A stretch of DNA of 64,000 bases, taken from NCBI GenBank assembly GCA_963746565.1, contig CAVVCD010000049.1, forward strand, positions 3,249 to 67,248, in the 5' to 3' direction. Of the stretch, positions 20,010 through 28,522 are shown in pieces; position 1 is the first letter of the stretch; every line of letters begins with the position of its first letter. Below the pieces are notes generated by a model. The model was not told the DNA's origin, made no database searches, and was given only the letters and a program-made list of their open reading frames with translations. The stretch comes from an uncultured delta proteobacterium (lineage in GTDB: Bacteria; Desulfobacterota; Syntrophorhabdia; Syntrophorhabdales; Syntrophorhabdaceae). A program made the position numbers and the translations under genes.

Positions 20010-22085
20010 TTATATTTTGAATCCATAAACTTTTGCCTTTCCTTCGTCCCCTGCCGTCTCCTCACTCACACTAACAGGCAAGGTAATCACAAACGTACTG
20101 CCCTTCCCTAAATCAGTCTCAACATCAATCTTTCCCTGGTGGCGCTCGATGATACCATAAGAGATAGCCAATCCAAGGCCAGTGCCTTTTTCCTTTGTGG
20201 TAAAGAAAGGGGAAAAGAGTTTGCCCATCACCTCGGGAGGAATACCGGGACCAGTGTCTGCAATTTTGATCTTAATCTGTTTCTTATCAAAGATTGTGCT
20301 GATCGTCAGTTTCCCGTTACCCTCCATGGCTTGAGCCGCGTTCAGTATGATGTTGAGGAATACCTGCTTGAGTTGGGTCTCATCAGCAACGATCGTCTGA
20401 GGCCCCTGATCAAAAGATTTCTTAATCTTGATGTTGTGAAATAAGGATTGATTCACAACCAGGCTGAGCACCTCTTCAAGGATATCGTTGACATTAACCT
20501 CTGAGGCCCTCAGCTTCTTCTCTCTGGCAAAGCTCAGGAGACCCTGGACAATATCTTTCGCCCTGTTGGCCTCGCTTATGACCAGTGCAATATCCTCCCG
20601 TTTCGGATCATCGGGCTCCAAGCTCTTTTGAATTAAATGGGAATAGATCAGGATGGTACCGAGGGGGTTATTGATCTCGTGGGCAACACCGGCTGCTAAC
20701 TGCCCGATGGAGGCTAACTTCTCGGTCCTGATGAGCTGGGTCTGTGCTTGTTCAAGCTCCTGGTGCGATACCTGGAGTTCCCGGTGAGATTTCTCTAACT
20801 GTTGAAAGATCTTCTTGCTCTCTCCAAGCAGGTAAGGTAGGCAATATTCCTCGCGAGCAAGGCCTTGAACAACCGCAATTGCCTTGTCACGGCACGATGG
20901 GTAGCCACAGGCCCTGCAATCCAGATTGTGATTCGGTGGAAGTTTCCCGATTTTCTTCAGCACCGTCCTGATCTCTTCTTCAGTCGGCGAAGGCAATCTT
21001 TGTTCCATGTTTTGAAAGCTCCGTGCCAAGTCAATGTCCTTGAACTTATCAAGCTCTGCCATGACGCTTACAATGTCCTGTTTGGCCATTTCGGATTTGG
21101 TGTACTGGGCAACGATCTGCCTGCGGGCAAGGATTGAGAGGTCACGTTCCGCGAAAGGACCGTCAACGCAGCCATAACAATAAACAAAGTCGAGGAACTT
21201 CCCCTGCATGTAACCTTCAGCCAGTTGTTTGAGTGCCCCGATTGACCGCCTGTAACCTCCTATGACGCTGATCTCATCCGTGAGAACGTCAAAGCTTGGC
21301 CCGATATTCCGGTACAGGCCGCCGATAACAGGGATTATTCTCCCCTGGTACGGTCTCGGCCCATCAAATTCAGTCTCAGGTACGGCTGATTTATTTATGT
21401 CCATCTCATTGATCAGTTTCCTTACGTCAACGAAGGTGATGACCTCATCAATGGAACCTGCTACTTCGGGAGCTACCATTTCCCCCATGCGGGAAAGGCA
21501 AGAGGTGATGTAAACAACCTTCCATTCAGGGCCCTTTAACTGGTGCGCTACCCTGCCAATAGCGATCATTGGAGAAACTACGGGGGCAAGGTTCGGGATG
21601 AGTTGCGGGTAATATTTCTGGACATAAAAAACTATTACCGGACAAAACGAAGAGATGAGGGGACGAGTGGTCTCCTCATGGAGAAGTTTGAAGTACACCT
21701 GGCTAACGAGCTCAGCTCCAAAGGCACCTTCCCAGACTTCATCGAAACCTATTTGCTTGAGTACGCCCACAACCTGCCTTGGAGTTCCGAGGTCTGTCTC
21801 TACGGCGAAGCTTGGATCAAGGACTGCGATAGTTTTCGTTCCCTCGGCAAAGAATTCTTTCACATGGGGAAGACCGCCGTGGTAGGTCAGTGCACCCTGG
21901 GGGCATGCCCTGATACAACCACCACACATAACGCACCGCTCCTGGATAACCCTGAAACCATCTTTCCCCACCTTGATTGCCTTTGCAGGACAAATCTGAA
22001 CGCAGTAGGAACAACGGCGGCACTTACGGTTGTTGACATCAATGTCATAGGGATTTTGTTTTGTATCAAACGTTACGGTTGCCAT
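20010..22085 (-). CDS. Histidine kinase with a 2x[4Fe-4S] ferredoxin, a degenerate [FeFe]-hydrogenase H-domain-like region and a CxxCx4Cx16C Fe-S input
   Basis: CRRCSYCVQICP and CVMCGGCIRACP; SSFCP, TSCLSRMGE and YCYGCVDGP in the order of H-cluster motifs L1-L3; CRACGYPSC-x16-C; a coiled coil; then AHEINNPL and the N/G boxes. Confidence 0.75.
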   Translation of the reverse strand: MATVTFDTKQNPYDIDVNNRKCRRCSYCVQICPAKAIKVGKDGFRVIQERCVMCGGCIRACPQGALTYHGGLPHVKEFFAEGTKTIAVLDPSFAVETDLGTPRQVVGVLKQIGFDEVWEGAFGAELVSQVYFKLLHEETTRPLISSFCPVIVFYVQKYYPQLIPNLAPVVSPMIAIGRVAHQLKGPEWKVVYITSCLSRMGEMVAPEVAGSIDEVITFVDVRKLINEMDINKSAVPETEFDGPRPYQGRIIPVIGGLYRNIGPSFDVLTDEISVIGGYRRSIGALKQLAEGYMQGKFLDFVYCYGCVDGPFAERDLSILARRQIVAQYTKSEMAKQDIVSVMAELDKFKDIDLARSFQNMEQRLPSPTEEEIRTVLKKIGKLPPNHNLDCRACGYPSCRDKAIAVVQGLAREEYCLPYLLGESKKIFQQLEKSHRELQVSHQELEQAQTQLIRTEKLASIGQLAAGVAHEINNPLGTILIYSHLIQKSLEPDDPKREDIALVISEANRAKDIVQGLLSFAREKKLRASEVNVNDILEEVLSLVVNQSLFHNIKIKKSFDQGPQTIVADETQLKQVFLNIILNAAQAMEGNGKLTISTIFDKKQIKIKIADTGPGIPPEVMGKLFSPFFTTKEKGTGLGLAISYGIIERHQGKIDVETDLGKGSTFVITLPVSVSEETAGDEGKAKVYGFKI

Positions 22086-22312
22086 TATTCACTTTAAAGT
22101 GCTTGTATTGGTACTAAATTGTTACAATTTTACACCGAAATCAAGCCCTGAGTCAACGGAGGTAATTAAACCGATTGAAGATTTATGAAACCATGAACTT
22201 ATCAAGGTCGATTGTAAAGCAAAAAACCTCAACTGTTACGGCATTTTGCTATGGTAGATTGTGTGACAATTACCCCTTGCCATATCCATAAACTATGCTA
22301 AGAATATAGTAA

Positions 22313-22798
22313 TTGGTATTAATCATGACGGCAATAAAAGGCGTGATGAAAGAGGTTATGATGATCGTGGAGGCCATTGAAGAATCCGATCTCTTCAAAG
22401 GGGTAAGCAAGGAGTTTCTTCATGAGATAGGTAAGGCCGGGGAAGTAAAGCACTGCAAGCGCGACTCATTTATCTTCCACGCCAACGAGAAAGCACGGTA
22501 TGTTTATCAGCTCATTGAGGGTACCATAGACATAATGATGGCCGAGAAAGAGATCATTCACTTCACTGTTACCAGGCCCGGTGAAATAATCGGATGGTCT
22601 GCCCTCGTTGAGCCATACACATATACTGCCACCGCAAAGTGCACATCTGACACGAGGGTTGTGAAATTATCAAGGGAGTCCCTCGAGAAGATCATCATGA
22701 AACACCCTTCTGACGGGCTAGCCATACTAAAGCATCTCACCGGCATCATTTCCCATCGCCTCCGCCACGCCTATTTGTATATTTACAATAAAGGATAA
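22313..22798 (+). CDS. Stand-alone cyclic-nucleotide-binding (Crp/CAP effector) domain protein without an HTH
   Basis: cNMP beta-barrel pattern (LFKGVSKEFL..., GEIIGWSALV). The start (TTG 22313 or a downstream ATG) is uncertain. Confidence 0.6.
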   Translation: MVLIMTAIKGVMKEVMMIVEAIEESDLFKGVSKEFLHEIGKAGEVKHCKRDSFIFHANEKARYVYQLIEGTIDIMMAEKEIIHFTVTRPGEIIGWSALVEPYTYTATAKCTSDTRVVKLSRESLEKIIMKHPSDGLAILKHLTGIISHRLRHAYLYIYNKG

Positions 22799-22830
22799 AA
22801 TTCAAGCAGGAAGCCCATGTTGCCGGCCAT

Positions 22831-22867
22831 AGGCTATGGGCTATAGGAACGGCAGCTCATAGCTCAT
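22831..22867. repeat. Heptamer words aggctat gggctat ... agctcat agctcat
   Basis: Units at 22831-22844 and 22854-22867, downstream of the stop at 22798. Confidence 0.6.
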
Positions 22868-23083
22868 TGCTGAAAGGTATTAAGTAACCGTGTCACAAGG
22901 CCGATAAGAGGGGTGAGCAAAAACACCTATGGTATCGGTTTTCATATTAATTATACTCCTGGTTATTCTCCTGACGATTTTCGTCGGCAGGGCAACAGAA
23001 TTGATCATCATGAAGATTCAAGAAAAAAACATGCGCCCTGTTATGGAAAAAAACCTCGAGCAGGAGTCTATCAATCCTGCCCA

Positions 23084-23890
23084 TCAGCCTTCTCCATGAA
23101 AAAGGTCATGTAACCACTCAATGCTCCGGTAGGAGGCTGCCATAAAACTTGTTACCGGCTCATTCTTCTGGTCTTTAGGAAAAACTTCGAGCGTTAGAGA
23201 ACCCTGGTAGGTTTTGACAGGCAACCAGCGCATTATCTCTTCCCAGTTCAGTACTCCCAATCCAGGCAACCAGTGGCGATCGTGTACCCCATCGTTGTCC
23301 CCCAGATGGGTCACCATGAGTCGATGCCCCCATCGTTCGAGCAATGCTCCCGGTTTGGGACTGTAGAGAAAATCATGGGAAGTGTCGTAACAGAATCCAA
23401 GATGGTCAGACTGAATGTTTGAAAAAATAAGATCCAGCAAGGCTGGCTGCATGGTGTTTTCAACTACTACCTTCACATCAGAATCCTCTGCAAACTTGAT
23501 GAGATCCATCAGGGCAATAAGCCCCTCAGCGGCGGGACTTTCCGGTTGCTCACCTTTGCTCTGGCTCGCATGTATGACAAGAAAAGGTATAGAATGTCTC
23601 TTGCACAAATCTACATATGATCGATAGACACGCCTCCATTCCTCACGCCTGGTCTCAGATCCTGACCATACATCGTTACATCCTATGTCGGGCGCATGGA
23701 TATACTCCAGAAAAAGGCCCCTGGAACGGATAAGACCTGGAAGGAGATCGGCCTTGCCCTTGCCCACAAGTTCCTCCTCAGGGCCAAGCCAGAATCCGGT
23801 GGCAGAAAAACCTGCCTCCTTGATGAGATCAAGCCTCTCCTCAAAGGGCATGGGGTACCCAAACCAGGAAAACATGCTGAATCTACTCAC
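23084..23890 (-). CDS. Sugar phosphate isomerase/epimerase, xylose-isomerase-like TIM barrel
   Basis: Size and motif pattern (VVVENT, HLGFCYDTSH, HLGDNDG) fit the AP-endonuclease-2/TIM family. Confidence 0.6.
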   Translation of the reverse strand: MSRFSMFSWFGYPMPFEERLDLIKEAGFSATGFWLGPEEELVGKGKADLLPGLIRSRGLFLEYIHAPDIGCNDVWSGSETRREEWRRVYRSYVDLCKRHSIPFLVIHASQSKGEQPESPAAEGLIALMDLIKFAEDSDVKVVVENTMQPALLDLIFSNIQSDHLGFCYDTSHDFLYSPKPGALLERWGHRLMVTHLGDNDGVHDRHWLPGLGVLNWEEIMRWLPVKTYQGSLTLEVFPKDQKNEPVTSFMAASYRSIEWLHDLFHGEG

Positions 23891-23991
23891 ACAATTTCTC
23901 CTGTTTTCGTGTACAGATGCTTTCAGGTAAATAAAAAGGCTGCATTGCCTAAACAGACAATACAGCCTCGAAGGTTACATTTAGCCCACCA

Positions 23992-25413
23992 TTATTGCTT
24001 CCCTGTCGTCAGGTATTCGTGCATTGCACGGGCTGCTTTTCTGCCGGCACCCATGGCGAGGATGACGGTGGCAGCGCCGGTTACGATATCGCCACCGGCC
24101 CATACCCGGTCACGGGTAGTTTTGCCGGTTTCAGGATCGGCAACGATGGTGCCGTGTCGTGTCGTATCCAGACCCGTGGTGGTTGATGGAACCAATGGGT
24201 TGGGGCTATTACCAATGGCGCACACTACTGCGTCCATCTCCATTCTGAAATTAGAATTCGGTATTTCAATCGGGCGTCTTCTTCCGGAGGCATCCGGCTC
24301 CCCGAGTTCCATCTTCAAACACTCGATCTCTTTGAGCCAGCCATTTTCATCCCCGATATACCGGACAGGAAGGGTCAGCATGTTGAAAATCACGCCCTCT
24401 TCCTCGGCGTTCTCACTCTCTTCAAGACGGGCAGGAAGTTCAGCGTGGGAGCGCCTGTATATGATCCTTGATTCATCCGCACCCATGCGTAGCGCTGTCC
24501 GTGCCGAATCCATGGCCACGTTGCCACCTCCAACCACTGCAACCTTTTTATGCCTTCTAATGGGTGTCCTCGACAAGGGGTACTTGTATCCCTGCATCAG
24601 GTTCATCCTGGTGAGGTACTCATTTGCAGAGTAGACACCGTTCAGATTTTCTCCTGGTATGTCCATGAACCAGGGAAGCCCGGCTCCTGTTCCGATAAAT
24701 ACTGCGTCGAATTTCTCAAGGAGTTCATCCATGGAGCGTGTCTTTCCCACAACAAAATCGGTTATCACCTTGACACCCAGTTTTCCCACGTATTCAACTT
24801 CCCGTGCAACGATGGCTTTTGGCAACCTGAACTCGGGAATACCATACGTTAAAACCCCACCGGCCTTATGGAGCGCCTCATAAATTGTGACCTCATGACC
24901 GAGGAGAATCAGGTCACCGGCAACCGTCACCCCAGCGGGTCCTGAGCCGACAACAGCAACCTTCTTCCCTGTAGACCTTGCTTTCGGTGGGAGATCAACC
25001 TCGCCTTGCCCTGCTTCCCAGTCAGCAAGGTAGCGCTCCAGGCGGCCAATGGCAACCTCCGCCCCCTTGTTTTTCAATATGCACTGGGCTTCACACTGGC
25101 TTTCCTGGGGGCACACCCTTCCACAAACCGCAGGGAGGCAGTTCTTTTCTTTTAACTTCCGGATACCTCCCCTGAAATCTCCCTTAACGATGAAGGAAAT
25201 GAAATCGGGTATGTCGATCTCGACAGGACACCCGGTCTTACACCGCGGCTTTTTGCACTGGAGGCAGCGACTCGCTTCGGCAATCGCTAGTTCCTCTGTG
25301 TACCCGAGGGCAACCTCGTTGAAATTGTGACTTCGCATTTCCGGAGACTGCTTCGGCATATCGCGACGATTTGTATCGATCTTGCTCTGTTTTTCCTCGC
25401 TCATGAGTGACAC
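23992..25413 (-). CDS. NfnB/SudA/GltD-like NADPH-dependent oxidoreductase subunit
   Basis: CLQCKKPRCKTGCP, CGRVCPQESQCEAQC, VAVVGSGPAGVT, VVGGGNVAMD and GGDIVTGAATVI motifs. Confidence 0.88.
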   Translation of the reverse strand: MSLMSEEKQSKIDTNRRDMPKQSPEMRSHNFNEVALGYTEELAIAEASRCLQCKKPRCKTGCPVEIDIPDFISFIVKGDFRGGIRKLKEKNCLPAVCGRVCPQESQCEAQCILKNKGAEVAIGRLERYLADWEAGQGEVDLPPKARSTGKKVAVVGSGPAGVTVAGDLILLGHEVTIYEALHKAGGVLTYGIPEFRLPKAIVAREVEYVGKLGVKVITDFVVGKTRSMDELLEKFDAVFIGTGAGLPWFMDIPGENLNGVYSANEYLTRMNLMQGYKYPLSRTPIRRHKKVAVVGGGNVAMDSARTALRMGADESRIIYRRSHAELPARLEESENAEEEGVIFNMLTLPVRYIGDENGWLKEIECLKMELGEPDASGRRRPIEIPNSNFRMEMDAVVCAIGNSPNPLVPSTTTGLDTTRHGTIVADPETGKTTRDRVWAGGDIVTGAATVILAMGAGRKAARAMHEYLTTGKQ

Positions 25414-26258
25414 TTACCCCCTTTGTGTAATATGGGCTTTGGTTCACTGTGCCGGAAATATGATGTCTCTTCATTCATATACTGCTTCCTTCGCGCCAGA
25501 AATTCTTTCCAGTCTACTTCGTGGCCGTTAAACTCAGGGCCATCAACACAGGCAAACTTCATTTTATCCCCTACCGTGACACGGCAGACGCCGCACATGC
25601 CTGTCCCGTCAATCATGATTGGGTTTAGATTGACTACTGTTGGGATTCCCATGCTTTTTGTAATCTCTGATGTGTGGGCCATCAGGTATGTACAGCCATT
25701 CACAATAATCCTGTCAGGCGGGTTGGGTAGACCGTGTATAATATCCGCCAGGCGTGTGATATGGCCCTTCATACCAAGACTTCCATCCCGGGTAATGTTA
25801 AAAATCTTCGAGACATGGCCCACATATCGATCTGCCCAGTACAGAAGGTAGGAACTTCGCGCTTCGAGAACCATGATGATCTGATTTCCTGCATACCACA
25901 GTTCACGGGCTACCGGATATATACTGCCGATCCCGTAGCATCCTGCAATGCACATCACTGTTCCATATTTCTTGATTTCTGTGGCATTACCAAGGGGGCC
26001 AACACATGTGGGGATTGTATCCCCTGGTTTAAGCTCAGCAAGGGTCCCGGTGGATGCCCCAACTTCCATGAAGATGATAGTAACGGTTCCTTTCTCAAGG
26101 TCCCAGTCAGCAACAGACAAGGGGATGCGCTCCCCCTCCTCGCTCGCTCGAACGATGACAAACTGCCCCGGTTTGATCTTGGATGCTATTTCCGGCGCTT
26201 CCAGGGTAAGGAGGTGCATATTGGGAACAATCATGGTGCGTTCAATTACTTTATTCAT
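25401..26258 (-). CDS. NfnA/SudB-like FAD/NAD(P)-binding [2Fe-2S] subunit
   Basis: Ferredoxin-reductase fold with GTGMCGVCRVTVGDKMKFACVDGPEF. Overlaps its neighbours by 13 nt and 4 nt. Confidence 0.85.
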   Translation of the reverse strand: MNKVIERTMIVPNMHLLTLEAPEIASKIKPGQFVIVRASEEGERIPLSVADWDLEKGTVTIIFMEVGASTGTLAELKPGDTIPTCVGPLGNATEIKKYGTVMCIAGCYGIGSIYPVARELWYAGNQIIMVLEARSSYLLYWADRYVGHVSKIFNITRDGSLGMKGHITRLADIIHGLPNPPDRIIVNGCTYLMAHTSEITKSMGIPTVVNLNPIMIDGTGMCGVCRVTVGDKMKFACVDGPEFNGHEVDWKEFLARRKQYMNEETSYFRHSEPKPILHKGGKCHS

Positions 26259-28522
26259 TGTGCCTCCTTATCTGAAAAGGATGTTGCCTTGACCCACTCC
26301 TCAATAACCTGCATGCCTGCAACTACCTGCCCGAGGGGTATGCCACGGTAAAAAGCGTTCATGGCAACCGGGAGACTCTCCGGGTCAATTTTGATCGGTC
26401 CCTTCAGCCATTTTCCAGCGTCTTTGAATTCGAACTTTGCAAACTCCACTCTCTTTTTCCCGACATGGAAATCATTGATCTGTTTCTTGATCTCCCCCTG
26501 GATTGAAGCGATATCCTTGTATTTAAATTTCCCTTTTTTCATCTTGTCTGCAATCCTTGTCAGTATCCACCAATCGGGCTTCGTATCCATGTACCGTTCT
26601 GTCGCCTTTTCGAGCCTGAGAACCCTGCCCTCCACATTGATAGTCGTACCGGGTGACTCAGGAAAGAGGCTTGTTGGAAGAATCAGATCAGGTTGCCGCG
26701 CAGATGATGGCGGTATGGCGTTTTGGTAAATGAGGTAGTCACAGTCCGGTATGATGTCAAATCGACCCTCTCCTATGAGATAAACTAGTTTTTTCCGTTT
26801 TGTGAGATCAGTTGTCGGTATGGTAAGTTTTACGCTACCCGCTTCAGCCTTCAGGAGTAATCCAGGTTTAATGCCGGGGAACACACCCATGGAGAGCATG
26901 CCCAGAAGGTTTGTGTATGGGTGGGCGACTATGACTTTCCAGGCAAACCGGTCTCTTAAGATGCGAACCCGTTCAAACACCTCGCGCCGTTGGGATGAGA
27001 AGATTACCTCAGGTCCCACAATCAGCACATTTGCAGATGATTGAGCGAACGAACCGGCAACGGCTGCCAAATCACCGTTCCACTCCTTGCCTCCTTTACC
27101 CTTACCTTTGCCGACCTTGGAAAGACCGTCAATGAGTGCATCGAGGAAGCCAGGCCAACGAGGTGAATCCATCTTGAATGATGCCTCCGACAGCATGTCG
27201 AGATTTGAATCACAGGAACCAAGGGTCACCAGTGTGGCGCCTTTCTGGGCGGCCCTCTTTGCGGCTATGCCAATGGGGGTATAACCGTAGGTCGAATCAA
27301 ACCCCATTGCGAGGATTCCCTGGGCCATTTCAATTGAATCATAGGTGCTTGTATGAACAACAAGGTCGAGGAAAGGTGCAAAATCATTGCTTAAGTCAAC
27401 CATCATTGACGACAGTATCATCTCTGAGCCAAGGGCCTGTCTCACAAACTGCTGGGCCACAAAAAGATCCTCGTTTGACAACTGTGGCGAAACCATTACG
27501 AGGATATCGTCCGGTTTTAAACCCGACATCTTCTCTGCTGCCGTATCGATGGCCTGATCCCACGATATGACTTCGTATCCCACAGGGGTCATCCTCTGGG
27601 GAACCGTAAATCGTTGCGGGCTATTCACATACTCGGGTATGGCAAATCTCCCTTTTACACAGATAAGGCCCTGGTCCACAACAGAATCATAATCAGGCAG
27701 GACATCGATAACCTCGTCGTTTTTAACCTGAAGCATGAGACGGCAGCCTGATGAGCAGAATGTGCAGGTAGTCGCGACCTTTGCATCCGCCATTCCATAC
27801 CATTTACTCACCTTTGTCGACAGGGCTCCTGTCGGGCAGACAGAGACACAGGCCCCGCAGAATTCACAACCTGCTTCTAAATGGGTACGGTCGAAGGCAG
27901 GTCCGATGGTGGTTAGTTTGCCTCTCTGTTTGAATGCCAGTGTGCCATTCAGGCGAACGCTGTTACATACACGCACACAACGGCCGCACAGGATGCAGAG
28001 GTTATAATCCCTATCGTAAAATGGATCATTTTTCTCCACGGGAAAACCACGATAGTAAACCGGGTAGGAAGTCTCAGTAAGACCTACCTTATCGACAATT
28101 TCCTGGAGCTCGCAACTGGCATCATTGGGACAGTATCTACAGCCCGTGGTTACACCGACCTTGCGTATGGTCCCCATGTATTTCTTGCACTCATCGTGCT
28201 CATCGCAGAAGAGGCAGCTTGCAGGGTGCTCGCTCAAAAGCAGTTTAAGGATTTCCTGCCTTAGACCCCTTATCTCTGTCGTATCTGTCCGAATGACCAT
28301 ACCAGCCTCAACAGGGGTTGTGCATGATGTGGGAAACCCTCTCAATCCGTCCACCTCTACTATGCAGAGTCGGCACGCTCCGTAGGAAGGCAGATGTTCA
28401 AGAGTACACATGGAGGGGATATAGATGTTGTTGTCGCGGGCGGCCTGCAGTATTGTGCTATTCGGTCGCACCTCAACCTGTTTGTTGTCAATAGTAACGG
28501 ATATCTTTTTTTCTTTTGTCAT
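26255..28522 (-). CDS. NuoG/HydA-N-terminal-like polyferredoxin with a degenerate molybdopterin-oxidoreductase domain (non-catalytic)
   Basis: 2Fe-2S region (CTLEH..GACRLC..C), HPASCLFCDEHDEC, CILCGRCVRVC, CEFCGACVSVCP and CTFCSSGC...C. No Cys/Sec active-site motif and no H-cluster motifs were recognised. Confidence 0.75.
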   Translation of the reverse strand: MTKEKKISVTIDNKQVEVRPNSTILQAARDNNIYIPSMCTLEHLPSYGACRLCIVEVDGLRGFPTSCTTPVEAGMVIRTDTTEIRGLRQEILKLLLSEHPASCLFCDEHDECKKYMGTIRKVGVTTGCRYCPNDASCELQEIVDKVGLTETSYPVYYRGFPVEKNDPFYDRDYNLCILCGRCVRVCNSVRLNGTLAFKQRGKLTTIGPAFDRTHLEAGCEFCGACVSVCPTGALSTKVSKWYGMADAKVATTCTFCSSGCRLMLQVKNDEVIDVLPDYDSVVDQGLICVKGRFAIPEYVNSPQRFTVPQRMTPVGYEVISWDQAIDTAAEKMSGLKPDDILVMVSPQLSNEDLFVAQQFVRQALGSEMILSSMMVDLSNDFAPFLDLVVHTSTYDSIEMAQGILAMGFDSTYGYTPIGIAAKRAAQKGATLVTLGSCDSNLDMLSEASFKMDSPRWPGFLDALIDGLSKVGKGKGKGGKEWNGDLAAVAGSFAQSSANVLIVGPEVIFSSQRREVFERVRILRDRFAWKVIVAHPYTNLLGMLSMGVFPGIKPGLLLKAEAGSVKLTIPTTDLTKRKKLVYLIGEGRFDIIPDCDYLIYQNAIPPSSARQPDLILPTSLFPESPGTTINVEGRVLRLEKATERYMDTKPDWWILTRIADKMKKGKFKYKDIASIQGEIKKQINDFHVGKKRVEFAKFEFKDAGKWLKGPIKIDPESLPVAMNAFYRGIPLGQVVAGMQVIEEWVKATSFSDKEAQ

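Noticed and set aside
23696-24634. Long ORFs antisense to well-supported genes. Examples are 23696..24634 (312 aa), 44423..45238 (271 aa), 17197..17808, 25734..26351 and 21543..22097.
   Set aside because: They mirror the frame of conserved genes on the other strand. They have Ser/Arg/Pro-rich low-complexity compositions, no SD and no recognisable motifs. These are typical shadow ORFs.
26255-28522. The NuoG-like protein as a formate dehydrogenase or [FeFe]-hydrogenase catalytic subunit.
   Set aside because: After the CxxCxxxC...C cluster there is no Cys/Sec-His active-site motif and no C-terminal dinucleotide-binding cap. The H-cluster motifs (TSCCP, MPCxxK, CxxxC) are absent.
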